64,000 nucleotides of DNA, taken from Vicugna vicugna. Taxonomy: Eukaryota. The translations under genes and the position numbers were made by a program. Of the stretch, positions 23,790-37,077 are shown one piece after another. The stretch is from assembly GCA_013265495.1 (NCBI GenBank), contig MU057744.1, positions 1,825,524-1,889,523 on the forward strand, written 5' to 3'. A model generated the notes under the pieces. That model did no database searches. It saw only the letters and a list, made by a program, of their open reading frames with translations, and had not been told where the DNA came from. How positions within the stretch are numbered: position 1 is the stretch's first letter; every line of letters starts with the position of its first letter.

Positions 23790-25412
23790 GTAGGTTGAAT
23801 ACATACCCTCCTAGGGGTAAAGTGCACTGCTTGACTTGAAGTTTTACAGGATACAGTTTGCAGTCTCCTAACTGCAGCGTGACCCTCCGGTGCTCTTGGT
23901 TTCTCCCCTTGAAAATCAGATGTGTTTTGGAAGAATGGGTGGAGTTTGTTACAAGGATACATTGGATGAGCAGAGAGAGACCTCGGGAAGATGGCGCGGA
24001 TTTAGTGGGAAGAAGTTCAGGTTGCAGGGGATGCACTGTGTGAACGTCCCGAGGCGCTATGGCAGAGGGAGTTACTGCTGATGATGGCAGGCGGGCCTTT
24101 GAAGTTGGAGTAGCATCTACTGGGAGGCTGACTGGAACGAGTTTTCATGATCACAGTCAGAGAGAAGGAGACTTAGCAAGAGGGTGGGGTCTTAACTAAA
24201 CTGCTATGTTGGCGGAGCTCAGAAAAGGGGATGTTGTTATTTTGAAGAGGAAAATGCTTTGTCCAGGTATTGGTGACAGACAGGGGAGGCAGCAGCAGCC
24301 TTGCGTTCCTCCACAGTGTGGTGGTTATACGTGTTTCCAGCAGTAAGTTAATCCAGGCAAGTTGCTTCTTACTTTTTTAAATTGGTGGAGGTGAATGTCC
24401 TGCTAGGGGCATTGTGACCACACTGCTAGCACCACTAGTGAAAATATAACAGAATCCAAGCAGAGATGAGCTCCTGCAAATCCTTGGTCTTCCACAGATA
24501 GTCCAGGTATAAATGTTCTGTCCACGCCAAAGCCAGGGTTCCAGGCTGGGAGCACTCCTAGAGCATGTTACGTACATGTCAGTCAGCCATGCAGGAGCTA
24601 GGGATGTCTTAGTCTCCCTAAGTAGTAGAAAATGCATCAAGAGATTGCTGGTCAGGTACCACAGGGGCCGGCGTGCATCTGAAGGCCTGGGGGACAGCCT
24701 TACACGCTAGGAACAATACTGTCCGCAGGCTGTGCTGTCACTCTGCAGACAGCTGAGTCCTGTGGAGGTGCTGTCTGCCGGACCACCAAAGGAGGCATGA
24801 CAATCGTCCTCGGCCACCCAGATTTGTCTCTCATCAAGGAGATGATGGAATACTTGGGTTTTTCTTACAGAGATGGGAAGGGAGACTTCCGATTACTCGG
24901 GAGGGGGTAGGTGGGTAGAGCAGAGAGGGAGATGAGTGAATGAAATCACGTGTATTAAGTACTCTGGGCAAATCACTGCCCTGGGTGCCTTGTATGTGTC
25001 ACCTTATATGACAGAGCCTTGCCACCCTCGCTCTGAAGGTATGCTGTTTACGAAAGTAGTCTCAACTTACCAAGTCCTTCCATCAGTGTTTTTCTTTGTT
25101 AATACCCTGTCTGTCAGTAGAAATGAGCAGACTCCATCAAATTAGCAATTCCCCTTTTTTCCTTTGGAAGGAATTTTAATATGAAAGTTCCCACTAGTGT
25201 GTTCTTGGCGATAGAGTCTCAAATCGCATTTTAACCTGCTTTTCTTTTCTTTTAGAAATGTCAGGCTATAACTTAAGCACATATATGAAACATGTCGGAA
25301 GAGGCAGAATTCATTGCCATACTAGTCCCTTTCCTCTGAGAAGTATGTAATGAAGCTGATGTCATTTTATTTCCTTTTTGTTTTTCTGTTTCTCTTGAAA
25401 AACCCATGAAAG

Positions 25413-25515
25413 TGACCCAGAGGAGGAGGAGGACACAATCCACACGGGGAATGCCGTCATGACCTTCTACTCGGCTCTGATCGACCTGTTGGGGCGCTGT
25501 GCCCCCGAGATGCAC
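25413..25515 (+). CDS. RYR2: RYR2 exon 47 (103 nt; DPEEEEDTIHTGNAVMTFYSALIDLLGRCAPEMH)
   Basis: atgaaag|T GAC ... ATG CAC|gtgagt. The acceptor was chosen because it restores the frame from exon 46 (phase 2). Confidence 0.92.
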
Positions 25516-27278
25516 GTGAGTGCCCCAGGGCCGAAACAAGGGCCCTGGCTTCTGTCTCTGTTTAGAAGTCCGTGGCTGGCAGAGATCACAAAAGCGTCCA
25601 AAACCGATCATCTTCATGCTCCATTAAAACAGTAACTCTGCAACCTAATTGCTGAACAAGTGTTTGTCTGGAAATGTATTGTTTATCTGGAAATGAGATT
25701 TCGGTATGAGTCATTAATGGAATAGTCTGTTCAGTACAAGTATATCTCTGACACTCGTATGAGCCTCCCCACACTTGGGGAAGGAAAGAACATCGTTTCC
25801 CTCGACAACGCCCTGTCCTGTCCAGTGCACGCGGAAAGCCCCGCCCCTGCCGGGAGTGCAGCCCTTCCTGGGCAGTGCTTCGTCCTAGTGCGGAAGCTGT
25901 TGCAGGCTAGCCCCTGTCTGGGGGAGTGGGAGTGGGGGGCAGGTTTAGGGGAAGGGAAAGAGCTATTGAGACCCTATTGGTTCGCGTTTTGTAAACTTTC
26001 TGACCAGAATGAAGTTGAAGTTCGTGGAGCAGTACTTACTTTCATTCTGTGATGCATTCTGGGACTTTCTACTTCTTTGTTGTCATTTGTTCTCTTTTCT
26101 TCTGTTATGCGCATTCAAAACTTGATAGCCAGGGCCCATAAAATTAGCTCCACGATCAATTAGCTTCTGTTGGAAAGCAACAGAGCCTGGAGCACAGGGG
26201 CCAGAGCTGGGGGAGAAGGCAAAATACCCTCTGAACTGCGCTGAGCGCTGAGCGTGAAGCCAGGGTGACTGTGACTTACCACCTTTCTCCTGTCCTTCGA
26301 CTGTGTGGGGTTTTGGGGATTTTTTGTTTCTTTGTTTCTGTCTTTTTCTCTTACACCTTTCCCCCTTTCTGGATGTAATCTTTTGTTGTGAACAGAGAGA
26401 AATCAGAGGATGAAGAAATATTAGAACGTTAGAAAACCTGGAGTCTGATTTTTATAACAACTTAACTTGCTGCCAGTGAGGTTTTCACAATAGATGGGAA
26501 GATTATCAGAAATTTGTGTGCTGGAGGTGATGGCAGACAAAAACTCACAGTATTTGTTCTTTTCCTGTTAAAGTGGAAGGTCAAAGGAATCAACAGAGAA
26601 ATTATGCTAACAAATCGAAAATTTTTGTTACGTTGTATTAAGGGGCAAAACAACTAAGTGACTTAATAAGGACCACCTTGCCTCTTCTGAAATGTATTCA
26701 TCTTCAGCAGCCATTGACTGAGGACCTCCCAGGTTTTAGAAGCTGCTTGTGTCTCACGCCCTGTGATGAAGGAAGCCTCCCGTGCGGTCTAGAGGCTGGT
26801 TGAGACCCTTAACTGTGGCAGGCCCTTCATTAGCCCGGGACGGTCCAAAAGGCCGTTAGGACGCGGCTTCACCGTCTCCCCGCGTTACAGACCCGCCCTC
26901 GGGGTGGGATACAGATGTACGCTGTTACATTTCATTACAAAACGAGGAAGAGGCTGAATCAATCATAAATAGTAGTATATATTCTGAGCCTAAAAATAAG
27001 AATTTTTCCTTCACATTACTGTTCATGTTATGGACAACTGTAATAATAGCTTGTGTTGTATTTAAGTAGGATTTTGAGGGGCAAGCATTCACACACTTAT
27101 CATAGTCTTCAGGGACTTCAACACCCCGAAGAGGATAAAACTACGGCGCTCACGGGTGTGCCCGCTGCCCTGGGCTGCAGCCTAACCCCTCGGCGTTTGC
27201 CAAAGTCAGTAAGAGCTGTGCGGGCCAGTGAACATCTGTAAGCCTGAAACAGCCATTTCTGAGAGAGGCTCAACTTTA

Positions 27279-27920
27279 CTTTTTATTTTTAGTTTAAAAT
27301 TTTTAAATTAAAGTATAATTGACTTCCAGTATTACGTTAGTTTCTCGTGTACAACATGGTGATTCAGCGCTGTTATAGATCACGCCCGTTTACAGTTAGT
27401 ATGGAACGCTGGCTGTGTTCCCTGTGCCGTACAACACATCCTTGCGTCCCGTTTGTTTCGTACATCTTAGTTTGTACCTCTTAACTCGCTGCGCTTCTCC
27501 TGCGCCCAGCTTTCCTCTCTCCACTGAAAGCCACTGGTTTGTTCTCTGCAGCTGTGAGTCTGTCTCTGTTTGTGTTACATTCACTCGTTTTATTTTTTGG
27601 ATTCCACATAGAAGTGATATCATATAGTATTTGTCTTTCTCTGACTTATTTCATTAAGGATAATGCCCTCCAGGTCTATCCATGTTGTTGCAAATTGCAA
27701 AATTACATTCTTTTTTCGATAATAGAGCAGCATTCCTGTGGGGGGGTGTTCTTTACCTGTAGATGGACACTGAGCTTGCTCCAGTGTCTTGGCTGTTGTA
27801 AATAGTGCTGCTGTGCACATTGGGGTGCGTGTATCTTTCCGAATTAGTTTTTTGGTTTGTTTGTTTTCTTTGGATTTATACCCAGGATTGGAATTGCTGG
27901 GTCATTTGGTGGCTCTATTA
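27279..27920 (-). mobile_element. 5'-truncated LINE-1 with target-site duplication
   Basis: Reverse strand encodes the ORF2 C-terminus (ILQFATTWIDLEGIILNEISQ). Flanks are tgagagaggctcaacttta (27260-27278) and tgaaagaggtctaacttta (27921-27939). Confidence 0.9.
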
Positions 27921-28050
27921 TGAAAGAGGTCTAACTTTATAATTAACAGAAAATTATTGTAGACTTGGATTACTGTCTTTGTTTTCTAGAAAGAATCAGA
28001 ACGTTGATTTCTCATAGTTACTCTGTGTTCCTTTACCTTTCTGCCTGCAG

Positions 28051-28171
28051 CTGATTCATGCTGCTAAGGGAGAGGCCATCAGGATCAGGTCTATTTTGAG
28101 ATCCCTGATTCCACTGGGAGACTTGGTGGGAGTGATCAGCATCGCTTTCCAGATGCCAACCGTAGCCAAAG
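28051..28171 (+). CDS. RYR2: RYR2 exon 48 (121 nt; [10 protein letters not shown]...MPTVAK)
   Basis: cctgcag|CTG ATT ... AAA G|gtaagg. Confidence 0.97.
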
Positions 28172-29431
28172 GTAAGGCGCTCGTGTTCTCTGTAGTTCAG
28201 CAGGACGTGGGTGAGGGACGCGTAAACAATGCCGGCAGTATTCATGCTGTCTTTCCCTGCAGCGCAGTTACACTACGGAAGTTTCTTTTTAAAAATGAGC
28301 TATCAAAGTACGTTATTTTATAAAGTACTTTTTATTTTCATTGTTTTCAAACAGCTGTGTTTCCAATGAGATTTTGATTCTTTTCACATGACATTTCGGG
28401 CGGTTTCCAGAGAAGAGGAAATAGGCACCTCGGCTGTCTTACGGGCTCTCTCCCAGCGCTCTTTGCTCCCTGGTCCTCTCGGGCCTTCTTGACTGCAGTG
28501 CCTCCGTTCTGTCTTCCTGACAGCTTTCACAGTCACTTTTGTTCCCTTTTCAAGACTTCATTGGATGTTGTTACTGCATCCATTTGTATATAACCTTCTG
28601 GTTTTAGGAGAGAACGTGATTAGACAGGGAGTGTGTGTTATGACTGTTTGCGTCCGTTAGCTATGCCCTAGAGGAGACTAGCTCTGAAAACCTCAAGTCT
28701 TGAGCTGGGGGCCGCTGTGTAAACGGAAGTGGCTGACCCTGCTCGCCCGGCAGCCGCCACGGCGGGAGGCAGTGCCGTTTCAGGAGTGCTGCCCATGCAG
28801 CCATGTCTGCAGGGCACGTGAGCAGCCAGCGTAACCCAGCGCTCGTCCTCAGTTTGGGGGAAGCTGGAGTTAAACCTGCCCCTTGGCTTTTCGTCTTCCC
28901 CACCAAACAGTTTCTTTTCCTTGTGTAAATGCAGACTGTCCTCACGTACCTCCCTTCACCTCTCTTCTAACTCATGTTCGTTTACTGAACTAGAATATCT
29001 TGTCTTTCCCTACATTCTGAGCCATAAAATTCACACTCGAAGGAAAGAGATAAGAATCTTGCCAGTGACATGCAGATTAGGGAATAAATAAATGCTGAGT
29101 TTTGCAGTTAAAATTAGTAACAACAGAGAACCAAGAGCAAGGACTAGAAGGGTGTTTAGACGTCCCTGTCAGAATCGCCCCCAGAGTCTCAGTGTACCTC
29201 ATCCTCCTGCAATTGTCTGTCTTCACTGGCCTTTTAGATTTTCCAAGTTAGTTTCTTTCCTGTTCTAATTAATTGTGTTGTAATAATATATGATATTTTT
29301 GTCATAAATATGCATTATATTGTCTACCCTGGGATTTAAAGGTTTTTTTTTTTGGTGAACTATCACAATCACAATTAAAGTTAATTTTTTAAATGCAATC
29401 TATTGGTCATTGTTAAATTACTGCATTAAAA

Positions 29432-29525
29432 AATTTATTTATTTTTTAATTTATTTTTAATGGTGGTACTGGGGATTGAACCCAGTGCTAAACATGCACT
29501 CTACTCTGAAGTGTTCCTAGCCCTG
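29432..29525 (-). mobile_element. Vic-1-like SINE, internally deleted
   Basis: T-rich tail, then aatggtggtactggggattgaaccca and tgctaaacatgcactctac. Confidence 0.7.
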
Positions 29526-30414
29526 ACCTCCTGCAGTTGCTGCATTTTTTTAACCTTTTTCTGTTTATGGAGAATGTAGGCAGAAACCCGTATGTTTTTA
29601 TTTTGCTGTGATATGCAGTTAAACCAGCTTTAAAACTCAAACCATAAATATTTCTCCTCTTGTTTTAATGACGGGTCATCGGGTCCTGTAAGCATCACCA
29701 GTTAGCAGTGATAATTGCTGTGATATGTCCTGTATTTCAGTATGTGAAGTTCGTCTCTAAATATTTTGTACCCTGCCCCTCAGTCCTAGCTAAGGTCATT
29801 CTCAGATGTTTTTATCATACTTGTCCCAGAACTAGAGGGTAGCCCAAAATAATAATGAAAAAAGGTGGAGCTGAGAAAGCTCAAGGGGCAGGTATCTAGT
29901 GTGAAAGCAGGTGTCCTGCTCCTGCAGCTCTTGGCCCGGACAGGTTGGGCAGAATGCTGGAGGCAGTGGTTTCAGGTGGACGGATGGGTAATTCGGGGAC
30001 CACAGGGAAAAGCCCGTGCAGCTGCCCCCTCGACTCAGTCCAGTCTCCCGAAGTCTGAGAGGAGGCAGTGCCTGACTTTACTGCCCCCGTGCACCTGAGG
30101 ACAGAGTGGAGATGGAGCAGCACATCCAGGAGCCCTGGTCACAGGCCCCCTTACGACGAACAAGTGTCTACAAAGCAAACTGTATTTTAAGATCGATGAG
30201 TTGCTCATCATTCCCTTAGGCCCACTCTGTATTCAAACAACAGAATCTTACAACTGTAAATGACCTATAATGTGGTTTTTAGGAAAATTGAGCTGGAACT
30301 TCATAGAGATTTTTAGTTGATAAGTAGAGCATGCTGATTTAACCTGAGAATTAAATTACCTTTGGATGGATTTTAAATCCAGTTTTACTTAGTTTAAATC
30401 TAACTGTGCCAATG

Positions 30415-30600
30415 ACTAGATGTACAACTTGGACAAGTTCTTTAACTTCCCTAAAGGTCGGTTGTCATCTTCTGTTAAAGGAGGATAACAATACCACCGG
30501 CACAGTGTGCTTGTGAATGCCTGGGAGAGTGTGTCTGTTCCATGCCTAGCACAGCGCCTGACAGCAGCACAAGTGACAGGCGTTGTTGTTCTTGTCATTG
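30415..30600 (+). mobile_element. MIR SINE
   Basis: acttggacaagttctttaacttccct...ggataacaatacc...cctagcacagcgcctgaca. Confidence 0.7.
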
Positions 30601-31617
30601 CAGTTAAAGGGAGGACGACATTAGGTGTATTCGTTACAATTATAAGAAATGGAAGTGACTCGGTATTAGTCTTTAATTTCCTTTAAAACATTGTTATTCA
30701 TTCATTTTTGTGATTCAGATATCAAATTGAATCATTGACTATGAATGAAAACAAAAACGTGAATTTGTTCTCTCAGGATGGGTCATGGTGTGGTCATGTA
30801 TCCCCTCTCCCTGGGTCCTTCCTTCTTAACATTACATCAGTGTTAAAGATTTTGTGATGTATTTGCAGACTCTCCCAGTGTGTTAGCAGCAGCAGTTGGC
30901 ATAATTATCACATGGTCAAACAGAAAACAAGTGCGTTCCCCAGCATTTTAAATTGACATGTGGTTTCCTAATTCTTCATGTCCGTGATCCCCACGTGACT
31001 CTGTGGTTGCACAGAGGAAGTCACTTACCTCTATAGCCAGCAAGCATTGACTGTTCATAGTGAAAACAGTATGACTGTCAGATGTGTTTGGTATGTTGTT
31101 AAATGCTATTATGACTAATGAACTGTGTTTCATTTGAAAGTCAAACTGGTTCATAAAGTCTTTTTCATCATTTTGTAATTGTCTAAACCATATTTGTGTA
31201 AATGGGCCACAATTACCAATAGGGTGCGTGAGTTTTATTAGGGTTTTAAAGAGGCTCTCATTTTGAAAAGAGTGAAAGCTTGCTTTACATTTGAGCTTTA
31301 CGGTATTCACTCCTACTTTAACCACTTGGATTTGGGATGCCCTTTTGTTTCCTCCTCACTGTCTGGCACAGTGCTGTGTCCTTAGCACGGATACAGGTAA
31401 CAGATGGATGCCCACGTGACATTTAAATGACCTTGGGTTTAAGCGACAGTGCCTTATTTCCTCAGCCAATTTTCAGCACTTGTTTGTGGGTAGTAGGAGG
31501 GCAGAAACTCACTCAAGGGATGACTGTATTTAAAACATGAGGGCTGGAAAGTAGCCATTTGTAATCAGTGTCATGAGTGGCATGACCAGTAACAGCATGT
31601 CACCTTCTCTCTTTTAG

Positions 31618-31787
31618 ATGGGAATGTGGTGGAGCCTGACATGTCTGCGGGGTTTTGCCCAGATCACAAGGCAGCCATGGTTTTGTTCCTTGACAGGGTC
31701 TATGGAATTGAGGTTCAAGACTTCCTCCTCCACCTTCTTGAGGTTGGCTTTCTGCCAGATCTCCGGGCTGCTGCTTCTTTAGACACG
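31618..31787 (+). CDS. RYR2: RYR2 exon 49 (170 nt; [10 protein letters not shown]...AASLDT)
   Basis: cttttag|AT GGG ... GAC ACG|gtaatg. Confidence 0.97.
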
Positions 31788-31849
31788 GTAATGACTTCCA
31801 CAACTTTTGACTCTTCGATCTCTGCTTTATGATATCCTTGCCCAGACCA

Positions 31850-32040
31850 ACTTGTTCATTCATGTATTGTCACCTAATGTTTATTGACTAACTGTTACGT
31901 TTTGAGGCACACAGCGGGTAAACAGAAAATAAAATAGACTAAATCCTCAAGGAATTCACTGAATCGTGGAGAAAATGGACCACCTCAGGAGTAAGACGAG
32001 AATTCTGACCAGGTGCCAGGGAAGACAATAAGATGTTCAG
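31850..32040 (-). mobile_element. LINE-2 3' end fragment
   Basis: ttcattcat...aatgtttattgact...aatcctcaaggaattcac. Confidence 0.5.
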
Positions 32041-32780
32041 ATCACCCTAATGTGGGAGATCACAGTGGCTCCTGTCCACCTCTGCGTCGACGTAAACTAT
32101 TGTGCTTCTCAGTAAAAGCAGTGAACAGTATTAAGAAAGTTTATTGGGAATTGCTGAGTCATACCAGTTACAGTGTCATCCTGGTGTCATCATGGGTTAA
32201 CATGCACATAGGTTGAAATTTGTCCAGTGGACCCAGTGGCCCATATCGAAAATCTGCCATTATCCGTGTAAACTGTTCTGCTATGTGAGACATTGTAAAA
32301 CAAGCTGAAGTTCTGAATGTTATTCTGGGCAGTATCATAAAACCGCCTTCTATTTGCAGTTAAATGAGTCTTTTTAATGGCAGAGGAAATCAGATCTTGA
32401 GTTGGCAATAGCTCCCTCATGAAAGCTATGAGAGGAGAAGTCAAAATAAAACTGAATTTATTTTTCCATTTTTGGTTGTGTTTGTGTGAAATTCTAAACC
32501 CAGTTAGTATAATTGATGCTATAGTAAGACAGTCAGCCTTTGATTATTGATGCTGATGGACGTGAACAGAAATACAAATAATATTGATAAATAGGTTTCA
32601 GAAAGAGCTTACAAATTTGAGATCTGTTGTGAGAATAAACTTCTTTCTCTTGCCTCTCCGGGAAAGGAAGGCACTCACATTCTTTGAACTCGTGAGTGTC
32701 TTCATCTTTCTTCCATCCTCCCCTTAATAGTTTATTCTAGAACATGAGCCTCTTGGCCTTTTTGAAGAGATAGGTATTAC

Positions 32781-33142
32781 TTTATTCGTTTTTGTAATTG
32801 AAGTATAGTTGATTTACACTGTGTTAATTTCTGGTGTACAGCATAGTGATTCAGTTATACACACACATATATATATTCCTTTTCACGTTTGTTTTCATTA
32901 TGGATTACTACAGGGTATTGAATGTAATTCCTTGTGCTATACAGTAGGACCTTGTAGTTTACCTATTTTATATATAGTAGTTAGTATCTGCTAATCCCAA
33001 ACTCCCAGTTTATTCCTCCACCCGCCTCCCCTTCAGTAACCATAAGTCCGTTTTCTATGTCTGAGTCTCTTTGTCTTTTGCAAATAAGTTCATTTGTGGC
33101 ATTTTTTAAGTTTTCACATGTAAGTGATATCCTGTGGTATTT
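32781..33142 (-). mobile_element. LINE-1 3' end, cetartiodactyl type
   Basis: ttgaagtatagttgatttacactgtgttaatttctggtgtacagcatagtgattcag...gtatctgctaatcccaaactcc...catgtaagtgatatc. Confidence 0.88.
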
Positions 33143-33348
33143 TTCATTTGTTTTTATCTATTTATGAGCCATGGAAAATTGATTGTTTTCAGTAGTGAAA
33201 AAGCACATGAACCACAGTAAATGCCATAACAGGAGTACGTTTCCTATGGCGTATCTTTATTTTCTAGATCATGAAATTACGTGTCAGCACGTTGATCCCT
33301 TTGGTCCCGCGCGGCACAGATGACGGTCTCCTCTCCCATTCCCTGCAG

Positions 33349-33569
33349 GCTGCCCTGAGCGCCACAGACATGGCCCTGGCCCTCAATCGGTACCTCTGCA
33401 CGGCTGTGCTGCCCTTGTTGACCAGGTGCGCTCCTCTGTTTGCGGGCACCGAGCACCACGCTTCGCTCATCGACTCCTTACTTCACACGGTGTACAGACT
33501 CTCTAAGGGCTGTTCACTTACCAAAGCTCAGCGGGACTCCATCGAAGTGTGTCTGCTCTCCATTTGTGG
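33349..33569 (+). CDS. RYR2: RYR2 exon 50 (221 nt; [10 protein letters not shown]...LLSICG)
   Basis: cctgcag|GCT GCC ... TGT GG|gtaagt. Confidence 0.97.
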
Positions 33570-34299
33570 GTAAGTGAGTGGGCAGTGACGTCTATACCAA
33601 GTTTCTCCTTCTTTAAGGAAGAAAATTTACTCTGCACCCTTGACAAATTGTCATGAATTTTGGCAACAATTTCTGGACAAAAAAATGAATTCATTCTATG
33701 GACTTTTGTGTCCTGAGGCTTGATTCTTGCCTGTGCACCCTTGCTCCTGGTCAGGGTCAGGAAGACTCCTCCACGACTTTCTGGGCATCCAGCCATTGGA
33801 TGCCGTGTTGGACGAGGATGCGCTTCTGGGTGTTGGTGGGGAGGTGATGGTGTGAGGAGTCCCTGGCCACCTTAGTGTAAGATTGTAGACTCCCCCCTTT
33901 TGACTGTGTGTGATGGTTTTAACTCCTCTTCCAGAAGAGAAGAGGAGAAGGGAGACTTAATAAAGATACAGTATAATATTAAAGCATTACCTGTGTGTGA
34001 CAATGATGAAGACTCCTTCCTCCAGCCTGGAAAGCCACCTCCTGGAGACAGAGGTGTTTGGAGGTCTTCCAGTGAAAACCAGAAGCGTGTCCTCACCTTC
34101 TGAAGTTCTGGCAGCGCAAGTGGCTGTTTCTCAGGCCGTTGCTCGGGTAGCGGTTTCTTTCTAGTTGACAGGAGCCCTTGTGGGGTGAACGCTTGCTGCC
34201 AGCCAGCACGTTGTGAAGGGAAGGTCTCTGTCACTCATGATGGAGTGAGTGATGGATTTAGAAGCCAGATGGGGCTGAGAGAGGTTAAAAAAAAAAGGG

Positions 34300-34445
34300 A
34301 AATTACTTCATATCTTCCCTGACCCTACATTTCTGTAAAATGGAATCAAAATACTGATTTCGCAGATTATTTTTTCTAAATATTAGGTAAGATGAAGCAC
34401 TTAGAGTTGCCCAACACAGTGGACGTTCACTGTGTGTTCATTTTC
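34300..34445 (+). mobile_element. MIR fragment
   Basis: catttctgtaaaatggaatcaaaatac...aagcacttagagttgcccaacacag. Confidence 0.55.
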
Positions 34446-34854
34446 TTTCCTTCCTCTCTGGCAAGGTTTCTGTCTCAGTCTGTTTCTCTCCTTTCTGCTC
34501 CTTATCTGGTCCCTGCAGACCCTTCGCACCCACTGCAGTCAGGGAAGAAGCACTTACTAAATTAACAGGAGCAGTGGGGTCTGTAGCTGGGAGTGGTGGG
34601 CAGGGCAGGTGCAGAGGGAGAGCAGCTCCTGTAGCAAATGAGGACTGGTCTGCAGATCCGGGGCTGAAAGTGAGCCGGAGCCTTTTATAAGGTTCTGTAA
34701 CTATTGGTTAACCTTCGGATTAGAAACCCCTAAAATTAGCATCATCTGAAGAGACACATAGGTCCAGGTTCTTGGCGTGTATAATCACATGAATTGTCTC
34801 CTTAGCTTAAACATCATCAAATGCCCATTGTTAAAGCTAGCTCTGTTCCCCCAG

Positions 34855-34945
34855 CCAACTGAGACCTTCTATGATGCAGCACTTGCTCAGAAGATTAGTG
34901 TTTGATGTTCCACTATTAAATGAACATGCAAAGATGCCTCTTAAG
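34855..34945 (+). CDS. RYR2: RYR2 exon 51 (91 nt; QLRPSMMQH...KMPLK)
   Basis: cccccag|C CAA ... CTT AAG|gtaagt. Confidence 0.97.
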
Positions 34946-36936
34946 GTAAGTGCGGGAAATGTTTGTCGTGATTTGATTACTGGATCCTCCGACTTTGCTT
35001 CCTGTTACAACATGTACATTTGGTACATATATCGTATTTTGATGCTGGAAAACCCCCAGTTATTGAAATGGGCATGTAAGTTATAGATACGTGTACCTCA
35101 ACTGAAAATAAACAGTGGAAGACCAGAGAAAGGCTAAGGTTGATTTACTGTAAGTCAGTGGAAATGGAAACCAATGGGAAAAAACGGGCCACAAGGGAAA
35201 GGTGAGCCGGGACATTCTCAGGCTGGCACACGTGGCGCAAGGCCTGGCCTCCTGTGTCCGCCGCCTCCAGGGATAAAGAGCAGGCTTTAACAGCACTTCC
35301 CAAGTTGGTCATCAGATGACAGCCTCCAAATACCATTTCATGAGGTTCAAAGGTGGTCTGTCTGTATATGCTGTTACACTCTGTCAGAGAAGGTAGGAAG
35401 GTCACTGCATTTTCTCCACCCGGCTTCGTCGTTCTGTTCGTGAACAGTCTCGTCTCATGCTGTCTTACTGACTTGGGGATATTTTCCCATCACCTGATGC
35501 CCCGCTCCAGACTCAGGGTTAAGGTATTAGGTGTCTGCTAATACATCTGGCAGTGCGGTCTGTGCGTGGAGGCCATTGTACGGGTGCGGACTTTTAAAGG
35601 TGGCCACCCTGCTCTGCCAACTGTTGAGCCTCATTTTTCCCTCTTGGCCACCCAGGAGTAATGCTGCAAAAGGAGGCCTGAGGTAATTAAAAGTGAGCTG
35701 CTGTTACACTAAGCACACCTGGATATTTAACAAAAACAGTCTTTCTCTATAAAAATTGATTTTGCTTTAATAAATTTAGAGAAATTAATGAATTACACAA
35801 AGTATATTATACCCTTGCTGAATACCCCATCTTTACAGTTTTTATCACCTAGGATAGTGCTTGTCATGCAAAATTTTCTTGATACAAGTAAGCTGGACCC
35901 TGTAATAAGATACAGTAGCATTTTATGTGATAAAAGTCTTTTTTGCATTATAGATATTTCCATGTTACTCCAAGCAAATTAGTTCCCTGTATTTCATCAT
36001 TTGAGATTCCTAAATTTTGTGTGTATGTGTGTTCTGTAACTGAGAGGGAAACCAAACAAGAAGAAGTATTTCTACAGTAAGAGATTAGTTAGCTTTAAAT
36101 AAGAGTAATCCTTATTAATTTATTTTCCTTCTTAGATATAGGAAAGAGTTCAAAAATTTATAGTTGATTCAAAGATCATTGTATTAATTTGGCAAATAGT
36201 TGTGACTATTTCTTGGTTTATAAGTCATGAATAAGTTATCCAAAGAGCTACCAAGAGATTGAAACATTCTATTGTTGCCTTTGAATTTCCAATTTAGTCC
36301 TCCAAAATATTTATAAATAAAAACTTAATCAACATAGACATTCAGTAAGATAAAAAATTACATCCAGAACCACCCAAGATATGTAGATTAAGAAATTTTT
36401 GGAGTAGGGCAGTTTGGGAAGTTTACTTAGAAATGTCAGTTCTGAAGCAAATAATAAAGTGTGGAGATTAAGGACAGGCAGAGAAGAAGCAAAAATATTC
36501 AGCAGTGTTGTTCCCTGAGAATGCACATTTTAGCTGCTGTATGCTAGAGATACTTACATGTGCCTTTGGGTCACCCTGACTTCAATCCCTTTGTTACCTG
36601 CGTGGATTCCAGGGGATAACAGTTCATAGACTTCTGAGCATATGGTAGCAACTGAAGTAGAACACACATATAACCAAACAACCTCATAGAGAATGCTGTG
36701 CAAGATAGAGTTATTTGTGAAATTGGATGCGTGGTCTTCATACTGTGATCAGAGTTAAATTTTAAAGAGACATCATATACAAGGGAATACTATTCCCCCA
36801 GAGAATTCCTGTGGGCTCGAATGGCTTCATTTCAGTTGGCCTTATTGCAGGACCTTAGAATGTCATTTGGGAGGAAATGAGAAAAATGTAAGAGGTGTCC
36901 TTAGCTCAGTGCTTTTATGATTGTTTTCCCACCCAG

Positions 36937-37077
36937 CTGCTGACAAATCATTATGAAAGATGCTGGAAATATTACTGCCTGCCTGGAGGGTGGGGAAGCT
37001 TTGGAGCTGCCTCAGAAGAAGAACTTCATTTATCAAGAAAGTTGTTCTGGGGCATTTTTGACGCGCTGTCTCAAAAG
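36937..37077 (+). CDS. RYR2: RYR2 exon 52 (141 nt; [10 protein letters not shown]...DALSQK)
   Basis: cacccag|CTG CTG ... CAA AAG|gtaatt. Confidence 0.97.
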
